64,000 bases of DNA from Octopus sinensis (lineage: Eukaryota), in the NCBI RefSeq assembly GCF_006345805.1, contig NC_043011.1:58478464-58542463 (forward strand), read 5' to 3'. Under the pieces are notes generated by a model. That model searched no databases. It was not told where the DNA came from and worked only from the letters and a program-made list of their open reading frames with translations. Shown here one piece after another: positions 11,961-28,685 of this stretch. A program made the translations under genes and the position numbers. The number at the start of each line of letters is the position of its first letter. The stretch's first letter is position 1.

Positions 11961-13719
11961 TCTGTGTATATATGCGTTTGTGTCCATGCGTGTGTCTCCA
12001 TTATCTCGTAGGATATTACATATTAATAATTTCATTTTTTTTTTCAAGTAACTCGGTAGCATTAAGCTTTCATCTCTCAGAACTCAAAATTTCTTAATAT
12101 CTGAACAATATTATTTAATTGAATTTTGGTCATAAGAACATTCAGGAGTCGTATCGTCATTACCATGCCATAGACGGCCACATCCTTCGATTTCATTTCG
12201 TCATGTCGTTTTATTTTTTTTAGTTTCTATATTTACGTCTTCCTATATTTGCACTTAACATTTTAATATGTGCTGCTTCTTACATAGTTTACTTCCTTAA
12301 ATTACTATGGAATCAGATTTTTTTTTATACTTCTGTGTAAATCTCACTGAGTTAATATTTGCAAAATAGAGAAACGCAATTAATCGCATATGTTTAAAGC
12401 GCTTTATTAAATAATATTTTATATCCAGTCATTATTAAACGAGAGAAAAAAGAAAATAGTGCTTTATTCAAGTACTGAGATCCATAGTTTCGACTAACAT
12501 TCTCCCAGCCTTGTACACGAATTAGAAAGGAATCGTACACCATGACATCCAATAGATTCTCAATAACTGCTTTTATTTTGATGTCGAAGAAACTGTAAAA
12601 TTGACACATTTATTTCCTCTCCATTCCTCACTTTTCGCCCACTTTGCAATAACCTAATTTCTAAAATGTTTAAAACATATAATAGCTGTCTGCATTACTC
12701 CACCTATCATTCAGCTAAAATTAATTATACGAATTCTAAACTTTTGGACATTATCCATTAATTTTCGAAATATTCAACTAATTTATTCTTCACCCCACTC
12801 CGCGAAAATTAAAATACATCTAATTAGAAATTCCTGCCTTCGCTACGATCATTCCATTTTAAGTGGAGTCGACCACAATTTTTCCTTCGAAATTTTCCGC
12901 CATGAATTTATGTTTTAGCTATATTGATAATTACATTTATATGATTCTTGTTTTTGTATTAATTATAGTTTTTAACGGATTTGTGAGTCTCATTTTATAG
13001 AAATTGCAGCTAGTACTCTGAAAAGCTCAGCCAGTTAACTGGAAAACAGAAAACGACTCTTCGTATTTATATTACTTCAGCTGATCTTAAATTACATTTA
13101 AAATTTTGCTTCATCCTTTTGACAGCCTTATACATGGGAATGAGACTAGAGATAGGATACTGAGTTGTAAGAAATGTTGTTTAAAGGGTATCTAGTAACG
13201 TACAGAACGATTCCCTCTTGAATGTTGTAACGAAAATATTAAAGATAATCAGACTAGCTAGGCTCGTCCTAAAAGTTTGAGATTTCCAACCTCTAAAATC
13301 AGGTTTTATATATCTATAAAATAATCTGCGCTTTCCATCTGAAGTTGGACATTAAAACTTTTTACCTCTTCAGGATTAATTTAACACTTGACGCTGACGG
13401 ATGGCTTAACGACATATCTAAATGGTTTCGTGCAATATTTTGTAATTCAAGTTAGATTTATCTGTTATTTCTAGCAGATATACAGACCACAATTAGTCTT
13501 CTTCCTCTTTTGCTCGCCTATCCCCTATTTGATTTTATTGTAATAAGGTTCCATTTAAAAGTTGCCTGTGCAGTAATGGCCGCTCTCTAAAATGGGTTTA
13601 GTCGATTCTCTCTTGCCATGCAATTGACATTTGCAATTTCACTTTTCATGCAAGCATCCAGTTAGATATCAACATGATGAATATATTGCAAATCTACTTT
13701 AGTTCAACTCTCCTTTTGC

Positions 13720-13786
<67 letters not shown>

Positions 13787-13812
13787 TATACATATATATA
13801 TATGTATATATA

Positions 13813-13868
<56 letters not shown>

Positions 13869-14156
13869 GTATTGAGCAAGTTTGATCTTGCAATGAAGAA
13901 GTATCAAAAAAACATGAATAAAACAACTATCAGATGATAAACACTGTTGTGTGAATCTGCACTTACTCTATGCATATTATCCACTGCAATAAATACACCT
14001 CACATCTAACTCTATCCAAATAAAGGTTATATATATGTGTGTGTGTGTTTCTGCGAGATAGTGTATATATATATATGTACATATATTTCCATATGTAGAC
14101 AAGTATATGTAAATATATGTTTATATACATACACACACACACACCCACTTATATAT

Positions 14157-14206
<50 letters not shown>

Positions 14207-14250
14207 ATATATATATATATATAATGTATATGTATATAAACGTATATAAC
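13720..14250. repeat. Two (TA)n/(CA)n microsatellite blocks (13720-13870, 14030-14250)
   Basis: Read directly. Confidence 0.95.
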
Positions 14251-16742
14251 AATGTTTTACCTTTCTTCGTGGTATGTCCAATTGTATCGCGTTTTCGTTT
14301 TTTCCCAGCTAGTGCCAGAATTCCAACGATTCGTAATTGTCTACAGAAATGTCTAAACAAATAGATAGATATAAACCGAATCAATACCTACAACTTACTT
14401 CCCATCAACACGAGAAGTATTTTTTTTTTATTTGTCTTCTTACATAAATATTCGTTTAATGATATTGTTTTGAATATAACAGACAATTTGATTCAGCATA
14501 TACCATACCATAAACGCCTGTACTTTTCTTTCTTTTAAGCGGTTGCGTTGTTGTTCGCGAGATAAATGAATTGACAAGAATATTTTTTTCTATCATAGCT
14601 CTTTCTCCTTTTACCTAACAAAAGCTCTTATGTAAAAGTAACACCACAATCGCGAGTCAACAAATGAAAAAGGGCACGGGTGCACCTCCCGCTAGAATTA
14701 TCAGCGTGATCTAACACAAATCACACCAAACTGACTTATGCAAAGACGATTGAATTTTTAAATGCAATTATTGATCTTAGAAGAATGGAAGGATGGTCAC
14801 ACTTAAAATTTCTTATATATTTTCCTGATCTGGGTTCATCTTAGTTTACGCACATTCACCAACAACAGTTCCTTCCATGAACATGTCTTAATAGGTTTGA
14901 CAAGTTCACCTCAAAGTTTACTCTCAATAAAGTAAAGGTATTACTGTTATGTTACGAATATTCGGCTACCGTGGAATCAGTCTATTTCATTTTTAGTGCA
15001 TGAAAAGTTTTCATTGAACCTGTTTACCATTCTATAGCATTATGTGGATATTAGGCAAGTCTTCCATTAGATTCTCTAATCGACATAATGTATAAGCATT
15101 TTGCCGTGAAATGGGATTAATGCCTAAAGAAACGATATTGTAAAATGAAATAATATTCCTTTCCAAAGAAACACAACAAATCACCTCCAATGAATTCCAA
15201 TACAAAATAGTGTCCAAAGTTTGTCGTTATGAGATTTTAATACAAACAATGTCAGAAAAGATAAATTATTGGTCTGCTGCTTTATGGAAGGTGAAATCAA
15301 ATTCTTCGCAATTGCATTAACTTAGAGCGAACTTAAACTTATTGCTCATGGGAATTGAAGTATTTTTGCTAAACTTTACTAAAAGCATCCATTTCCTGGT
15401 TGCAGTTAAGGTAAGTTAGGAAAATAATCTGTGAGTAGATGTCTTCCTGTATGAAATAGCTTCACTGTGATCGTCGGTCTTGCGGAAATAATATAACCAT
15501 AACTTGCTGTGAGCAGACATCTGTGTACTTTGCATAAAGTATTGTGAACGAAATGATAAATATATGTGTTTAAGTTGTATTCTCCAAGAATATTTTTTTT
15601 TTTTTACTAAATGATTCCATAAACATTTCAAGACTTCTTCCTTCTGATGTAAATTCGAATGTTTAGAAATGGTTCGGAAACATCTTAAGTTGGACAATAG
15701 TTTGTTTCTATTTAACTTAGAGCAAGTTCCAATCCACACATGATTATAAACACTTCTACATTTTGCTTTTCACCTTTCAAAATTAAATTGGGTATATGAT
15801 ATCTAAAATATCCCATCCCCTCCGTTTTCACGGCTTTCTACCATTAACCTCTGCACCTACACGACCCTCTAGAAATTCCTTATTTCTACATTCATGCTCG
15901 TGTTCCTTCATCTACGCCACTACATACATTGTAATCCATATCCGCGCAGTTTTGTCTCTTGTATGTTTTATTAGTCCTCAGTAATGCCTGTTGATTCCTC
16001 GGCTCTTTCAAGCTTACGTGTCGAGAAGTTCATGTTTACGACTAACTAGAAATTGTAAGACCTTCGCCAATGAAATAACATGTTTAAATTTATGTAGGCG
16101 AAACTGTTATATTCTTTCCGTCTTCCTTGATTTCAAATTGGATTCACTAATACCATCTCACACTGTGAAGAGAAAGTTAACTCCCTTTCTATAAGACACA
16201 CCATCTGCGTATCTTTAAAGAGTGAAACGATAATGTGAACTCATTGTATCTGCATTTTGCCTGTATGCTTCATTCAGCGTCAATTAATCGCTATTCCTTA
16301 CGCGAACAACGTAGAATTCCTCCACAAGAGAACGAACCTCTCAAACATATTTCCCTGCATTTACTGTAGCTTTTGCAGTTCTCTGCAATAAGCATGCACT
16401 CTGAAAACTGCGCTTTGTACGCTGCTTCACAGGTGATCATTCCATACATCAATATTTTCTGCGTTGATTCTCTGTTCGTATAAGTGCGATTTCATTGCCC
16501 GTTTCTCTGCATATACGGAAAAGGATTCAGGGGCTCACCGTTTCAGAGCCTGTGGACTGCCAAAGGATGTAAGAGACAAGGTTTATATTAACAGAGGTGT
16601 TATCACAAAAGGTGAACTGAGACACACACACCCACAGAGAAAAAAAGCTAGATTGATAAAAAGAGAAATGTGTGTGTATATATATATATTTTTAAAATTT
16701 TATCTAGTTTCAGCTCACGAGCTGTGGCCATGCCGGGGCACA

Positions 16743-16915
16743 GGGAGAGTTTACGAAAAAAAAAACAAAAGACGAAGACAGGTGGTGTACAAAACAAACG
16801 GATGCATTAGTATAACGCTCAGGAATAGAAAAAGTCTTTTACGTTTCGTGCCTACGCTCTTCTACAGAAAGGGACACAGAAAAATACAAGGAGAGAAACA
16901 AGGTGAGAAAAATTA
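16743..16915 (-). mobile_element. Short PLE-terminal-like repeat with variant minimal hammerhead (family H2)
   Basis: Homologous to 23195-23312 and 51226-51418; HHR-like motif at 16836-16871 with one stem II mismatch. Confidence 0.7.
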
Positions 16916-17673
16916 TATATTTAGAGAGAGAGAGGGAGAGAGGAAGAGAGAAAGAGAGAGAGAGAAAGCGAGAAAACGAGAGGTGTACGCGTGTATATGT
17001 CTATATAGCTATATGATACAAGACTAGTCGCTCATAAAAATAATAAATTATTTACCGAATGTGGTCTCTTAATATTTTGCCAGTCACGGAGCATGCGCTT
17101 TTTTACGGTGTCATGATAACAAACCCAAAATTCCTTCCCTATTTTGTTCATATTATTTGATAAGAACGCTTATTATATTTCTACATATATGAACGGCATT
17201 CCGACGTCAACGAGAAAACGTTTGTTGATTTAGTGATGCATTCACTAAGTTCTCTTCATGCTTGGTTTGCGACCAGTGCTAACATCAACGACTACAGGGA
17301 CAGCGACGCCATTAACAACCATGACAACAACAGCACAAAAACAAAATCTCTTCTCAAAATACCAACGCCAACTAAATTAGTAACGTGTGGATCAATATCT
17401 AAACATAAATAGCTATTTATTGGAGAGATACATCATATATTCTTCGACTTTCTTCGAGTGCAGGAAAAGTTCTGATAATGGATTCCAGTTCACGTTCGTA
17501 AGATTTCGATTAGTAAATAGAATCCACAGCTTTTACCATTATGAATGTTTAGCATAATTTCTTCACTCAACCGTTTTGTGTTACCTCGAGGATAAAAGTA
17601 AATATAGGAGGATCTCTTAATTAAGATTTTCTTCAACATTTTCCCCTCTCAGATTCACACATTTATTGCTGCT

Positions 17674-17754
17674 GTTCTTCAGTTTTTCCAAGCCCTGTAA
17701 AAGAACCAGGATTTCGCGATGCCCCTAAAACACGAACTTTTCAGCCCCACCTCG
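17674..17754. mobile_element. Mariner MITE right-end fragment
   Basis: TTTCGCGATGCCCCTAAAA...AACTTTTCAGCCCCACCTCG|TA matches the right end of 39568-39775. Confidence 0.65.
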
Positions 17755-17771
17755 TATATATTATATGGCAG

Positions 17772-17836
<65 letters not shown>

Positions 17837-17879
17837 GTATGTATGTGTGTGTGACTTTCAAAGCGGTGGGCTGACAAAA

Positions 17880-18075
17880 TCGTTACCATGTCAGAGAAAC
17901 CCTTATTGGTTTCTTTTTTCTCTAGTCGTCTACTTTCTCCAAATCCGACCAAAGCGTTTTGTTTTCTTCCACCCTTTTGAGTTTGATTAAATAAGTACCA
18001 GTCAAATAATGCGGATAGATGTAATTGACATGTCCTACCCATCGAAATTGCCGGCCCAGTGTCAAAATTAAAAAA
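17880..18075 (+). mobile_element. Old degenerate SINE family A (tail A2)
   Basis: CCACCCTTTTGAGTTTGATTAAATAAGTACCAGTCAA...GATGTAATTGAC resembles the family A core. Confidence 0.5.
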
Positions 18076-20444
18076 GAATATGTAATTGTAGCACGCAGAT
18101 AAAAATACAAATATTGCATTGATGTTTTATAAAGATTTTAATGTATGTCTCAATTATTAAAGGAAGGAACCGATTGACTATCTGAATACCATATTTTCTA
18201 CGATAAACGTAGAACCAACGCAATCCGTGATATCGGGTTCCATTGCATTACGGAATTAAACTTCTATTATTGTCCATCAAACACAATCAAGACATGTTTA
18301 GAAGACTTGGCATGCATTGTATATATCTTGAAAACTTACGTGATGATGGAGTTTTTCGTAAAGACTCAACAAGCGCTTAAGAGTTAATGTTTGTTTTCCT
18401 GATATTAATTTATTGAAAAAAATAACAGCAACAACAAGTGTCTCTATTTTTGTATACATTAACTTTTCTATGCTTTCACAGGTTGTTTACGTCTGAAAAT
18501 AAATTTTCGCGGACTATTAGAGTACCATATAACTGCCTGATTGACTTGTCTGACAGTAAATGGAATCTATTTTTACCTAAAAAGATTGAGAACAACAGTT
18601 AATGCACATTTGCTTAAGGGAACATCACAAACGAAATAGAAGCAACCAGTATTTACCAAATATATTTTGATGAAATTGCCGACATGCTGATACTGATTAA
18701 AGAGACAAAAATATCTACTAAATGTTAGTGTTTTGCTTGAATTCCCTCTGATGCTGATGATAGTTATTTATTTATTTATTGGAATTTGTTGTTTATATCA
18801 CTCGATATTGCTACGGGTCTGATATAAACGAATCCATCCAATCTAATATGATATGAACTCAATACTTTCTTATAGGTTTGGACGGCTTTTAAAGATATAT
18901 TTATTCCTTGTCACACAACCGACGTTGTAAATAATTTCTGTGAAAAGAAATAATAATGGTTTACGTCTGTTTCGGTTATTACGTATTTTACATTCCGGAA
19001 AATGAACATTTAGTCAAGTCTCTGTCCGCTTGTTAAATGTTACTTCCAGTATTTCAAAGAATGAGTTTTTGTGTTGAGCTGTTATTGCTGTTATTCTCTG
19101 CTTTGAAGTCCCCACGCTGTTTTTAAATAATCCGTCGATTTATGATCATGACCGGGGCCTTTTCTTATAATCTCGGTATTTTCCTTCTCGGTATTTTCTT
19201 ATAATACCGAGCTCCATTCGCATTCATGATTCCATCACACCTCTTTTTTTCTTTAATGAAATGCTATGTCTAGCAAATTTCTCGCTTGGAGTACATCCGA
19301 CTAGAAACATTGTTGATCATTGCTCATATAGGCTATAAAACAAAGACAGCAACTGAAACAGCATGGTGTGTGAAATACACCAATTAGAATGTTCCTTATC
19401 ACGTCTCATAACAATCGTGATTTCCAATCTATAGTTGCTTTCTATCAATCTTCAAAAATCCTTGAATTCAACGTAATGCAAATTATATTAAAATATCAAT
19501 AATCTACATTCGTTCTCAGAATGGGAACGTATGTATGTTAAACGAAATATACATGAGGCATGTGAGAGTCTTAGGCTTTTAGTGATGCGTTGTACCACTG
19601 CTCTAGGATACGAAATAGCAACTAGAACATCTGCATCTGCCCATCATCTCTGTGACCGTTTAGAATATTCTAGCTGCGAGCCCGAATTTTGAGTAGGAAA
19701 TGCTGTTGCTGTCATGGTGTATCCGTGAGCTAACGACACAAAATCATTTTGATATTTTAAGTCTAATTTTGTACGTTTCAAAATTATAATTAAAAAACAA
19801 AACATTCAGTTATATACTAAGTTAGCTTACTGATTATGGGGAAAAATCACAAAAAACCCAACAAAAGCGTGTGGTATATCTTCCTAATGCGAGAAAAATA
19901 ATTATACAAACAAAATTGATAAGAAAGATGGTAACATATAATAAAGAAAAGAAGGAACGAACGAACGAGATTTCAAGAAAGTAAGACAACAAATCTGATT
20001 TCTGCAATGTTAAAACTGCTTTTGTGTCCCAACCAAAAATCGGATGTAAACAAATTTATTTGTTACTCGCTAAAAATAAATGGCGATATTGTAGACATCA
20101 GTATCTCAAATTTCTTGTAATTACAAAACGAGAAAAGAAAGAATACACAAAACAAGCAAAAACAAAGAAAATACAGAGAGGAAAAAATAAAAAGATATAA
20201 TAGACTAAGACATATCGAATGACTGAAGGGGAAAAAAGAACGTAAATAGAAGAACATTGTGAAGAAAATGGCACAAAGAAAGGAGGAAGCAAGGATACGG
20301 AAGAAATTGTTGAATACAAAATCATTTATCAGCAAAAAATATTCAAAGAAACAATGCATTATACAATAAGTTTCTGGTTGCAGACAATGTTGTAGGCTCA
20401 AGAACTTTGGGGGTTTCAACATGTGTCTGTATGATATATAAGTA

Positions 20445-23170
<2,726 letters not shown>

Positions 23171-23194
23171 TGTGTGTGTGTGCGCGTGTGTATG

Positions 23195-23312
23195 TGTCCC
23201 TTTCTGTAGAAGAGCATAGGCTCGAAACGTAAAAGACTTTTTTCTATTCCTGAGCGTTATACTAATACATCTGTTTGTTTTGTACACCACCTGTCTTCGT
23301 CTTTCGTTTTTT
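23195..23312 (+). mobile_element. Short PLE-terminal-like repeat with variant minimal hammerhead (family H2)
   Basis: CUUU-CUGUAGA-A-GAGC AUAG GCUC-GAAAC-GUA-AAAG at 23200-23235. Confidence 0.75.
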
Positions 23313-23362
23313 CGTATATATATATGTATATATGTATATATATATATATGTATATATATAAG

Positions 23363-23427
<65 letters not shown>

Positions 23428-23961
23428 GTATATATATGTGTGTGTGTGTGTATACACACGCACATACACACACTCACAGAATCACATGTTAAAAGGATTA
23501 ATTGATGAGCACTGTTGTTTATATCCTCCCTGATAAGATTGGTTCATTGTTTCATATTATTCATCCTGTCGAATTTATTTTCAATGCACCATCAAAACAC
23601 ATATCGGTTTTATGAAGATATAATTGATTTAATAACATCTTGTGCGTTTGTCTCCACTGTCATTTTCCCTATGTACTCCAAAATACATCTCGCTTCTGCC
23701 CGGATTTAACCCCCACACAAGTGTTATCACTGATTTCTAGGAGACTTTGTGACATCTGGCCATTTTGTAATTAATACCCCTGGATGAGTGAAAAATCAGC
23801 AAAAATCATTTCGCACACACAAGGAGTACGAGAGAAGGGCTTATCACTTCAAACATGAAAAAGTTTGTCTTCTATTCCTTTTGCTGTATTCTAAAGCGTG
23901 TCTACAAACTCTGGTTCAACTCTTATCCATGCTACATTACTGTCAACTAAGTTATTATATA

Positions 23962-24259
23962 TCTTTATATATAAAAGTGAAGTTGTGTGAATGTCTGTTT
24001 CCTACGATATAGATTCCTAACTACTCCCACATTTTGCGGTGCAGTTTAACCAAAAGCGGGTATCTTATAGTCATGATTCATATCGAGCCCTTCTGGGTAT
24101 TAGCGCGCGTCTACAATGAGTCTACGATTTAAAAAAAAATTACCATAATTTTTTCCCATTTTTAATGCATGTTTTTGCTATTATAGGGAAGTAACTCTCT
24201 AAAATGCTTATATAGTTATTTCCCTCACAAACCCACGCAACGCCGGGCGATACTGCTTG
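23962..24259 (+). mobile_element. Non-autonomous Helitron (single internal unit)
   Basis: A|TCTTTATATATAAAAG start, subterminal ...CGCCGGG hairpin remnant, CTTG|T end; homologous to 6532-6928. Confidence 0.8.
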
Positions 24260-24529
24260 TGATATATATTCCTTTTGTACGCGCACTCGGATAAACTTGT
24301 GTTGTGACACTTGCAAAACACTGCGTGTGTCAGAAACGTGGGTTAATTGCTTGACTTAGTGAATAAGTTAATCCAGATTATCTGCACTGTGGAATGAAAA
24401 TACTGACAACGTGTGCTTTTCACTAATTGAATAATCTCCATTGTTACTAACTACTTTCATTACTGATGGACAATAACAACTGTAAGTGCTAGTCTCGCTC
24501 CATTTGCATATAATTACAGTTTATGCTGC

Positions 24530-24537
24530 TGCTGCTG

Positions 24538-24571
<34 letters not shown>

Positions 24572-24633
24572 CACCACAACCACCACTACTACTACTACTA
24601 CTACTACCACCACAACCACTACTACTACTACTA

Positions 24634-24673
<40 letters not shown>

Positions 24674-24690
24674 GCAGCTGCTGCTGCTGC
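24530..24690. repeat. Compound (CTG)n/(CTA)n/(CCA)n trinucleotide array
   Basis: Read directly. Confidence 0.95.
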
Positions 24691-24988
24691 TTCAGGACAA
24701 TGGTAGCCATCTCCTGAGATTGCATTAACCATTAAAATAATTGAATGGAATGTAATTAATGAGACAATGGCTGAGGGTTCGCAGTCGCTTCGATGCTAAG
24801 TAACAATGGAAATATTCCACAATGATTAATTTCTTCTTAGACAATTCTTTCTGACTTAACTTTCGTTATATTAATAAAGAATGCAACTTTTTCTGAAATC
24901 AGGTATAAATATATATGTGCGTGTATGTATATATGTATGTATGAATGTATGTATGTGTGTGTGTGTAAGATATATATATATATATATA

Positions 24989-25068
<80 letters not shown>

Positions 25069-25299
25069 GGAGACAAGGGGAGAAGTAGAGACAGACAAAT
25101 AGAGATATATAACACATTACTTTCTTACGTATATTTTATGTATGTATACGTGTTTAAAGAAATAAACACACATGCATACAGACGCATGCGTATATACAGA
25201 TATATGAACTAGTCAATATACTGTTTTATAAAACACCTCCACGTTAGCATACATGCATTCGGTGCCTTGTTCAAGCGAGATATACTTTTAAGATTGCAC

Positions 25300-25880
25300 T
25301 TACGGTTTTTTTAAAAATTTGCCTATTCAACCTAGAAATTTCAAGCAACACAGCTTAGAGCTTCTTCACTCTAATTAGAACCCGTAAGGTTAATACACTT
25401 TAAGAATTCTACAACACCAAATTCAGTTACTCCCGATTAGTCAACATCACTTCTGCCATCACACTATACAACAGATGCAAACACGGACCTACACACCTCG
25501 ACTACATACTACTAACTGCAACCATATAGATCCTACTAAGTGCCCACGGGGAGAAACTTGCCTCTCAAGAGAAGTTGTCTATAGCGCCACACTTGCGCCA
25601 TCCAGTGGAATTACAAATCACTATACGGGTATCACGGTGACTGAGTTTAAGGGAAACTATACACGGGATGTGCATTCTTTCAGGTGTGGGGATAAGGAAA
25701 CACTACATCCCCGCTCCTTTTTATTTTGAGACTTTGTGATCGCCTGAATGAATTCCCCAAAATTATATAGAGTCACAGTGGCAGTCCGTACTCCCCTGGA
25801 GTTGAAATTTCCAGATCAGCATCTGCACAAGATTACATATATTACACCAACCTACAGTATCCATCACGAGGAAGAATAAA
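25300..25880 (+). pseudogene. Penelope-like element C-terminal fossil (linker + GIY-YIG endonuclease)
   Basis: Frameshifted PFNLEISSN...KFSYSRLVNI, then NCNH..TKCPRGETCLSREVVYSAT...HYTGITVTEFK, matching the PLE CxC..CP..G.CL...VVY / YIG.T...FK pattern. Confidence 0.65.
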
Positions 25881-25882
25881 CT

Positions 25883-26030
25883 GCATTATTTACATTATTT
25901 ACATTCAATGGATATTTGACCCCATCTTGTTTGTTGTTAACACAACGTTTTGGCTGATATACCCCCAGCCTTCTTCAGGTGGCTTGGGGAAATTTCGATC
26001 TTGGGTTCTCATTCCTAAGGTATTTTCTGA

Positions 26031-26061
<31 letters not shown>

Positions 26062-26121
26062 ATTATTATTATTATTATTATTATCATTATTATTATCATT
26101 ATCATTATTATTATTATTATC

Positions 26122-26153
<32 letters not shown>

Positions 26154-26449
26154 TATCATCATTATCATTATTATCATTATTATTATTATTATTATTATCA
26201 TTATCACAATTATTATCATTATTATTGTTCGGGTCACTGCTTGGAATCAAACTCGGAATCTTGGGGTTGTTAGCTCACGCTCTTAACCACTACGCTCTAT
26301 GCCCATGGGCATATGGCGTAGTGGTGAAAGCTACGGGGTATATTAGCCGAACCGTTGTGTTAACAACAAACAAGATGAGGACAAATATCCGTTGAATGTA
26401 AATAATGCACATAATTCTTCATCTCTTAAAAATGGAACTGTATTATCAA
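25883..26449. mobile_element. Head-to-head inverted doublet of a tRNA-headed, hammerhead-tailed element (family H1)
   Basis: Minus arm: tRNA-like head 26305-26230, (AAT)n, tail with CUGAAGA...AAAAC-GUU (G12 mutated). Plus arm 26306-26440 is internally deleted. Central palindrome 26286-26325; AAGAATAAACT at 25872-25882 and 26450-26460. Confidence 0.75.
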
Positions 26450-26847
26450 AAGAATAAACTATTCTACTGTTGCTACCAGAAGTATAACATATTAACGAAC
26501 TTCACACCACTGATAAACAACACTGCAGATATACCACATGAAGCTTGCCTCCTCCATACTTAAGACAATGACATATAAACTTTACTGCTCGTATATACTA
26601 GAGCCTCATCCATGGCTGACATCGTTTGTGGTTGGCTACGCGACACAAGCGTTCTGCCTCCTTAAGTTTTCAAAAGGTCACAGAAATCTTGTGTTGTGTA
26701 GTCAACTAGAAACGTAATTTCTTCGGGCGAAATAACAGTAACATTCGTCCCTTTCATGGGGACTGCGACATTAATTTAGCAACAAGCCATCACTTTATCG
26801 TGCTGTTGCTGCATAACTCTCTCTGAAAGATTTAGAAATATATATAT

Positions 26848-27269
26848 ACTCTTTTACTCTTTTACATGTTTCAGTCATTTGACTGCGGCCATGCTGGAGC
26901 ACCGCCTTTAGTCGAGCAAATCGACCCCGGGACTTATTCATTGTAAGGCCAGTACTTATTCTATCGGTCTCTTTTGCCGAACTGCTAAGTGACGGGGACG
27001 TAAACACACCAGCATCGGTTGTCAAGCGATGCTAGGGGGACAAACACAGACACACAAACACATACACACACAAACATATATATATACATATACACATATA
27101 TACGACAGGCTTCTTTCAGTTTCCGTCTACCAAATCCACTCACAAGGCATTTGTTGGCCCTGGGCTATAGCAGAAGACACTTACCCACCAAGATGCCACG
27201 CAGTGGGACTGAACCCGGAACCATGTGGTTGGTTAGGAAGCTACTTACCTCACAGCCACTCCTGCGCCT
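26848..27269 (-). mobile_element. tRNA-derived CORE-like SINE family C, full length with internal microsatellite
   Basis: AGGCGCAGGAGTGGCTGTG head, GGGTTCAGTCCC B-box, CORE-like GGTAAGTGTCTTCTGCTATAGCCC, internal (TA)/(TG) tract, tail ...CCAGCATGGCCGCAGTCAAATGACTGAAAC(A)TGTAAAAGAGTAAAAGAGT. Confidence 0.85.
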
Positions 27270-27304
27270 ATATATATATATATATATATATGTACTAATG
27301 AATT

Positions 27305-27349
<45 letters not shown>

Positions 27350-27462
27350 CGAATGTGTGTGTATATAATATATATATACATTCATATGTATGAATGTGTG
27401 TATATAATATATATATATATATTATATATATATACATACATTCATATATATGAATGTGTGTG

Positions 27463-27515
<53 letters not shown>

Positions 27516-28463
27516 ATGTATGTGTATATATATACATATGTATGTATATATGTACACGCACACAACACAGAAATACATATGCATAAAGGCATAACATTAC
27601 AAAGTATATATGTGTTTATCACTCTAGTGAAATTTTCCATATTTGCTCCACATGCACCCTTCTACTCGCATCTGTTTCTTTTTAATTTCCTCCACAATCT
27701 TCCCAAGTGTCACATCTTTTTCTCCCTTATCGATTCTCTTTATCATCCTGCAACTTCCCATTGTCTTTTTTGTTTGTTTACTTTAGAATAACCTTCGGAA
27801 AGATATATCAGTGTTTACAGTGAAATGTAATCTTTAGTTTTAAATTAAAACTGTCTACGATGATGGAAAATTCCTCTTTGAATACAGTGGCAGTGTCCTA
27901 AAATGTAATTAGCTTCTTCTTTTTCTTAAATACAAAGATAGAAATACTTGATAAATTACATTAATACGTATCGCTTTCTAGATTCTATTGACTTACCCGG
28001 TTCGTTTTTTTCTCCCTTATTTATTTTCATTATTTGAAATACCGCTACCGGTTTTACTGGCTAGTTTCTTTCATTATTTAAACAAAGTACTTTTCTTTCT
28101 TTATTTTTAATAACATTGCTGAATTTGAAGATTTGCACATAGTACAAAATTTTGAATTGTCATTTGACATTTTGAAGTTTTAAAGTTATTTACGAAATGT
28201 AATTTTTATATATTTCACTAATTTCCATCTATGTTCTTTTTTTATGGTGGTCCGTTATCATTTATACATTATATATTGATGTCACCCTTTCAAACCAAAA
28301 TGAAACTCCCTGAAACTTGATTTTTAATGCAACGATCTATTAATGTGTTACGTTGCTCATTATCTTTTTTTTTATATGTGATATGATTATAGTTCTGCTA
28401 GTGTGTATATACTAGTGTGTAAACTATTGTTATTGTTATTAGATATGCGTTGATTGATATATA

Positions 28464-28685
28464 TTTCTTTACTACCCACAAGGGGCTAAACACAGAGGAG
28501 ACAAACAAGGACAGACAAAGGGATTAAGTCGATTACATCGACCCCAGTGCGTAATTGGTACTTAATTTATCGACCCCGAAAGGATGAAAGGCAAAGTCGA
28601 CCTCGGCGGAATTTGAACTCGGAACGTAACGACAGACGAAATACGGGAACGCATTTCACCCGGCGTGCTAACGTTTTTGCTAGCT
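28464..28685 (-). mobile_element. SINE family A (tail A1) with perfect 16-bp TSD
   Basis: CGTTGATTGATATATA at 28448-28463 and 28686-28701. Confidence 0.92.

Noticed and set aside
16464-17027. 187-aa plus-strand ORF
   Set aside because: Chimeric read-through of unique sequence, a SINE tail fragment, the H2 repeat and a (GA)n tract; no domain.
26230-26310. tRNA-like sequences as genuine tRNA genes (also the SINE heads)
   Set aside because: Incomplete acceptor stems and fusion to repeat bodies indicate SINE heads.
24486-26395. Poly-T/L/I/N/K/R ORFs (also 36995-37346)
   Set aside because: Trinucleotide microsatellite translations.
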